Assembly (NCBI GenBank): GCA_963733295.1
Contig: CAVTCS010000003.1
Span: 608,001-672,000, forward strand
From: Vulcanimicrobiota bacterium
GTDB taxonomy: Bacteria > Vulcanimicrobiota > Vulcanimicrobiia > Vulcanimicrobiales > Vulcanimicrobiaceae
Length of the DNA stretch: 64,000 nt
Direction: 5' to 3'
The notes under the pieces are model-generated. The model saw only the letters and a program-made list of their open reading frames with translations. It had not been told where the DNA came from and did not search any database. Made by a program: the position numbers and the translations under genes. Positions 59,907 to 64,000 of the stretch are shown one piece after another; the stretch's first letter is position 1, and every line of letters starts with the position of its first letter.

Positions 59907-60629
59907 GTGAACGGAGATACGAACGTGGTGGTCGCGGCGCCGGGAACCAAGAAGATTTTGATCGTCGACGACGAGTCCGCGATCCTTCAGACGCTCCGCT
60001 TCAACCTCGAACGGAGCGGTTATGCGGTCGCGACGGCCGGCGACGGCCGCTCGGCGATCGCGCTGGCTGCGAGCGAACGCCCGGACCTCGTGATCATGGA
60101 CATCATGCTGCCGGTTCTCGATGGGATCGAAGCGTGCAGGGAGATCCGCAAAACGAGCGGCGTTCCGATCATCATGCTCACCGCCAAGGATCAGGAGATC
60201 GACAAGGTTTTGGCCCTCGAACTCGGGGCGGACGACTACGTCACCAAACCTTTCTCGCTCCACGAATTCCTCGCGCGCGTGAAAGCTCGCCTGCGCCGGC
60301 GTAACGGAAACTCCGAGGGCCCGCGTAGCGAGGCGATCGAGGCCGGCGAAATCGTGCTCGATCCGTCGCGCCAATCGCTCGTCGTACGGGGGCGCGAAGT
60401 TTCGCTCGCTCCGAAGGAATTCAGTCTGCTCCACGTGCTCATCGAAAATCGGGGGCGGGTCGTCACCCGGCAAGCCTTGCTCGATAAGGTTTGGGGTTAC
60501 GATTTCGAAGGCGAGCACCAGACGATCAGCGTCCACGTTCGCTGGTTGCGCGAGAAGATCGAGATCGACCCGAACAATCCGCGGCACATCATCACCGTGC
60601 GCAGCCGCGGCTATATGTTCAAGGAGTAG
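59907..60629 (+). CDS. phoP: OmpR/PhoB-family response regulator (probable phosphate regulator)
   Basis: VDDE, MDIMLP, LTAK, GADDYVTKPF, winged helix; flanked by ppx and pstS; GAGGAGG SD. Confidence 0.85.
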   Translation: MNGDTNVVVAAPGTKKILIVDDESAILQTLRFNLERSGYAVATAGDGRSAIALAASERPDLVIMDIMLPVLDGIEACREIRKTSGVPIIMLTAKDQEIDKVLALELGADDYVTKPFSLHEFLARVKARLRRRNGNSEGPRSEAIEAGEIVLDPSRQSLVVRGREVSLAPKEFSLLHVLIENRGRVVTRQALLDKVWGYDFEGEHQTISVHVRWLREKIEIDPNNPRHIITVRSRGYMFKE

Positions 60630-60630
60630 G

Positions 60631-61768
60631 ATGCTCTGGGACGACCTCTTGGCGCTGGGCGCCGGCGCCTTGGCGGGCGCGCTTCTGACGGGCCGGTTCC
60701 GCGAGACGCGAAGCGAGGCCCAAGCGGAGACGCCGCTCGAGCGGCTCGAACCGGATTCACGCTTCGAGCAGCTGCTGCGCTCGCTAACGGTCGGAATCCT
60801 TACGCTCGACGGCCACGGATACATCACTTCGCTCAACGCCGCGGCGAGTGCGATCTTCGACCTCGGCGGCCGCCCCGTGCTTGGCAAAGCCATCATCGAG
60901 GTGATCCCCTCGTACGATCTCGACCGGCGCGTACGTGACGCGCTGAACGGCCATCCCTCGCGCGGAGCGATCCCGCTCAGCGCGCGCCAATACGAGCGCT
61001 TCTTGACGGTAACGACGCTGCCCATCGACGGAGCCGAGGGTGCGATCGTGATCGCGAACGACGAGACGCGCCTGCACGAGCTGGAACAGACGCGGCGCGA
61101 TTTCATTTCGAGCGTCTCGCACGAGCTGCGCACGCCGCTCTCGTCGGTCAACTTGATGATCGAAACGATTCTCGAGACGGGCGGTGAGGCCGAAGCGATC
61201 GAGATGTTCTTGCCGCAGATCAAGCGCGAGGTCGATCGCATGGTGCATCTCGTCGAGGACCTGCTCGACCTGAGCCGAGCCGAGGCGGGCCGCATGCGAC
61301 TCCGCCGCGAGGACGTCGACCTCTACAGCGTGGCCTCGAACATTCTCAAGACGTTCCAGCCGCGGGCCGACCAGCTTGGCGTGACGCTCAGCCTCGACGG
61401 GACGACCACTCGCGTCGACGGCGATCCCGACCGTTTAGCGCAAGTACTCGTCAACCTGGTCGACAACGCGCTGCGCCACACGCCTGCCGGAGGTACTGTT
61501 TCCGTCGACGTGCTTGGAGCCAGACGATTTCGCGACGCTATCGGTGCGCGACACCGGCGTCGGGATCCCATACAGCGACCTGCCGCATCTGTTCGAGCGC
61601 TTCTACGTCGTCGACCGCTCGCGGGCGCGTGAGCTCGACCGGCACGGGCCTCGGCCTCTCGATCGTCAAGCAGATCGTCGAGGCGCACGGCGGTACCGTC
61701 GACGGCCGACTCGGAGTTCGGCCTGGGCGCATCGTTCACGTGCATATTCCCCGTCGCGCGCCCGGTGA
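60631..61768 (+). CDS. phoR: PAS-domain sensor histidine kinase PhoR (frameshifts near 61520, 61635, 61705)
   Basis: [36 protein letters not shown] across frames. Confidence 0.85.
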
Positions 61769-61818
61769 GTTTAGCGCCGGCCGCCGCGAGGTTGACCCGA
61801 AATAGGGTGCCGATAAGC

Positions 61819-62636
61819 ATGCGCAGCTCTGCACACCCCGCGACCCTGCTTTTGGGGGTGCTCTTGCTCGGTCCACTGGCCGGGCTCGCGGATACGTCGA
61901 TCTCCGCAGCAGGTTCGACGGCGCTCCTGTCTCTGATGAAAGCATTCGCTTCCCGCCTACCAAGCAAACCACCCAGGCGTCAGCATCAGCGTGAGCGGTG
62001 GCGGGTCCGAGCTCGGCATCGCGCAAGTCGCTGCGAAAGCCGTCGACATGGGGAACTCCGACATCGTGTCCACCAATCCCGACCTGGTCGATCACAAGGT
62101 TGCCGTCGTCGGCTTCGCCGTCATCACGAATCCGAGCGCCGGCGTCACGAACCTGACCAAGAAGCAACTGCAGGACGTCTACTCGGGAAAAGTCACGCAA
62201 CTGGAAAGACGTCGGGGGCAAGGACGCAAAGATCGTCGTCATCAACCGTCCGATCGGTTCCGGCACGCGCGCGGTCTTCCAGAAGACGATCATGGGGAGC
62301 TTGAAGCTCACGGAGACCGGCGGTACGCTAGGAGAGAACGGTACGGTCGTGATCGCCGTTGCCACCACCCCTGGTGCCACGACTTACGCGACCTTCTCCG
62401 CCTCTCGTTCCAAGGAGAGGATCGTCGAGGTCTCGATCGACGGCGTCGCCCCAACCGACGAAAACGTGCAGAGCGGCGAGTGGCCGATATGGTCCTACGA
62501 GCATATCTACACGAACGGGCCGGCGTCGACCGAGGTTTCGCGCTTCATCGCCTTTATCCACAGCAGTTCGGCGATTCTCAAGCAACTCGGATATATTCCG
62601 ATCGGCGACATGAAGGTTTCTGCAACCGACCGCTGA
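61819..62636 (+). CDS. pstS: Phosphate-binding protein, PstS-like paralog 1 (frameshifted)
   Basis: AGSTAL, GGGSELGI, VDMGNSD, NRPIGSGTR, WPIWSYEHIYT across frames. Confidence 0.8.
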
Positions 62637-62637
62637 C

Positions 62638-62660
62638 GGCCGGCCCAAGCGGGGCCGGCC
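62638..62660 (+). terminator. GC-rich hairpin after pstS paralog 1 (no U-tract)
   Basis: GGCCGGCCC-AAGCG-GGGCCGGCC. Confidence 0.4.
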
Positions 62661-62828
62661 GACATAAGGCGCCTTAAGCTGACACCCTAGGGCTTTGTGT
62701 TCAGCGCGCTCGAGGGGCGCAAGCAGCTGCCGCTTATTTAAGTACGGGATAAGTCGCGCTTAACGTGGTCTTGCGACACTGAGAGAAGATGGCGATTGGT
62801 CAATGCGCGGACCGCGATGTCGTGCAAA

Positions 62829-62863
62829 CTTAAGCCCTTAATTTGACCTTAATGATTACTTAA
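62829..62863 (+). promoter_or_regulatory. Putative PHO box array (CTTAA direct repeats)
   Basis: CTTAA at 62829, 62837, 62848, 62859 (spacings 8, 11, 11) in an AT-rich region upstream of pstS. Confidence 0.7.
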
Positions 62864-62977
62864 GGTAATGTGTCCGCGGCGCAATGCACTCCGAGTAATT
62901 GTTAGAGGTTTGGAGAAAGGGTTGTGAAAGTGCGCTACCGCCTTTTAGTACCGGCAACACATTCAAAGGAGCACTTT

Positions 62978-64000
62978 GTGGACGAACGTCGTGGATGGCG
63001 TAGAAGTCTTATCTCGCTTGCAGCCGCGGTCGGCGCTTCGGCTCTCGTTCTCGGGCCGGCTGTCGCCGCAACGCAGATAACCGGAGCCGGAGCGACCTTC
63101 CCGTACCCGTTTTTTTCTAAGGCATTTTACGCGTATAGTCAGTCGCACCCGGATGTGAACATCAACTACCAGTCGATTGGGAGCGGCGGCGGCATCCAGC
63201 AGTTCACTGCGAAGACCGTCGATTTCGGCGCCTCGGACGTACCCATGAACGCGGAAGAGCTGAAGCGTGCGGAAGCCTCCGGGGGGCCGGTGATTCAGTT
63301 TCCCACCACTCTGGGCGGGGAGGCGATCACGTACAATCTCCCGGTCGTCATCAAGGGCGGTCTGAGGCTGACGCGTGAGCTCGTAGCTGAGATCTACTTG
63401 GGAAAAATCACGAAGTGGAACGATTCCGCAATCGTCAAGCTCAACCCCGGCAACGAGCTGCCGGACCTAACGATTGTCCCCGTGAACCGGTCCGACGGGT
63501 CGGGCACCACGTACCACTTTACCGATTTCCTCGCCTCGGTCTCTCCCGAGTGGAAGAAGAAGGTGGGGACGGCAAAGAGCGTGCAATGGCCCGCGGCAGG
63601 CAGCGTCGGTGGGAAGGGAAACGAAGGCGTTGCCGGCCAAGTCCGTCAAACGCCCGGAGCGATCGGTTACGTTGAGCTCGCCTACGTGATAGAGAACCAT
63701 ATGAATCAAGCGATGATTCAAAATAGAGCGGGTAAGTGGCAGTTCTGTACCGCGGCCGGCGTGAAAGCCGCAGCTGCAACGAAGCCTGCCGTATCGCCGA
63801 CGGACTTCTCCATCGTCGACACATCACCGACTGACGCGTGGCCCATCTCGGGCTTTTCGTGGGGAATGGTGTACAAGAACCCGAGCGATAAAGTGCGCGC
63901 CAAGCTCGTGCGAGACGCGCTCGAGTGGTTGGTGACCGAAGGACAACCGATTGCCGGAACCCTGGACTACGTACCGCTGCCATCGGCGGTGCAGGAGTAC
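62978..64000 (+). CDS. pstS: Phosphate ABC transporter substrate-binding protein PstS (runs off the window edge)
   Basis: AAAGGAG SD + GTG; GAGATFPYP, NYQSIGSGGG, DFGASD, RSDGSGTT, GNEGVA, IGYVE. Confidence 0.93.
   Translation, partial: MDERRGWRRSLISLAAAVGASALVLGPAVAATQITGAGATFPYPFFSKAFYAYSQSHPDVNINYQSIGSGGGIQQFTAKTVDFGASDVPMNAEELKRAEASGGPVIQFPTTLGGEAITYNLPVVIKGGLRLTRELVAEIYLGKITKWNDSAIVKLNPGNELPDLTIVPVNRSDGSGTTYHFTDFLASVSPEWKKKVGTAKSVQWPAAGSVGGKGNEGVAGQVRQTPGAIGYVELAYVIENHMNQAMIQNRAGKWQFCTAAGVKAAAATKPAVSPTDFSIVDTSPTDAWPISGFSWGMVYKNPSDKVRAKLVRDALEWLVTEGQPIAGTLDYVPLPSAVQEY

Noticed and set aside
184..64000. Numerous long alternative-frame and antisense ORFs (e.g. 11726-13111 -, 57768-59618 +, and the 5' extensions of 47217 and 21470)
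   Set aside because: Arg/Ala/Pro-rich shadow ORFs typical of high-GC DNA, overlapping well-supported genes and lacking family motifs.

Overview
High-GC bacterial chromosomal window, densely coding and mostly housekeeping. In order: GT4, CPBP protease, rsmA, YabE/3D protein, mpg, rluB, aroH-aroF-tyrA, an exbB-exbD-exbD-tonB module, uppP, moaC-mog, folC-folP-folB-folK, accB-accC-nusB-PBP1A-xseA-xseB-tlyA-nadK-recN, pyk, rimP-nusA-ylxR-infB-rbfA-DHH-truB-ribF, a Clp ATPase, ferredoxin, a ketosynthase/cyclase/oxidoreductase/methyltransferase plus ABC cluster, M3 peptidase, a RelA/SpoT-domain pair, SDR, NifU, MenA-like, IclR, and a phosphate cluster (ppx, CHAD, phoPR, two pstS). A diderm-type TonB motor occurs alongside Terrabacteria-type traits (GAAC-N4-GTTC SOS box, AroH, YabE, YlxR), which suggests a diderm Terrabacteria lineage such as Eremiobacterota/Vulcanimicrobiota (inference only). 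Many conserved or essential genes carry 1-2 nt frameshifts, most likely long-read assembly indels. No rRNA, tRNA, CRISPR array or transposase was recognised. Best candidates for novelty: (1) a split CapRel-like toxSAS/antitoxin pair; (2) an SOS-box-controlled, catalytically degenerate RNase H-like gene upstream of mpg; (3) a Clp ATPase with a Zn finger and hydrophobic anchor that lacks both the M-domain and the ClpP-docking loop; (4) an ACP-less ketosynthase/cyclase cluster; (5) structured intergenic RNA candidates upstream of exbB and between infB and rbfA; (6) several genes that appear to need non-canonical start codons. All family calls come from motif recognition by eye; no database search was run.
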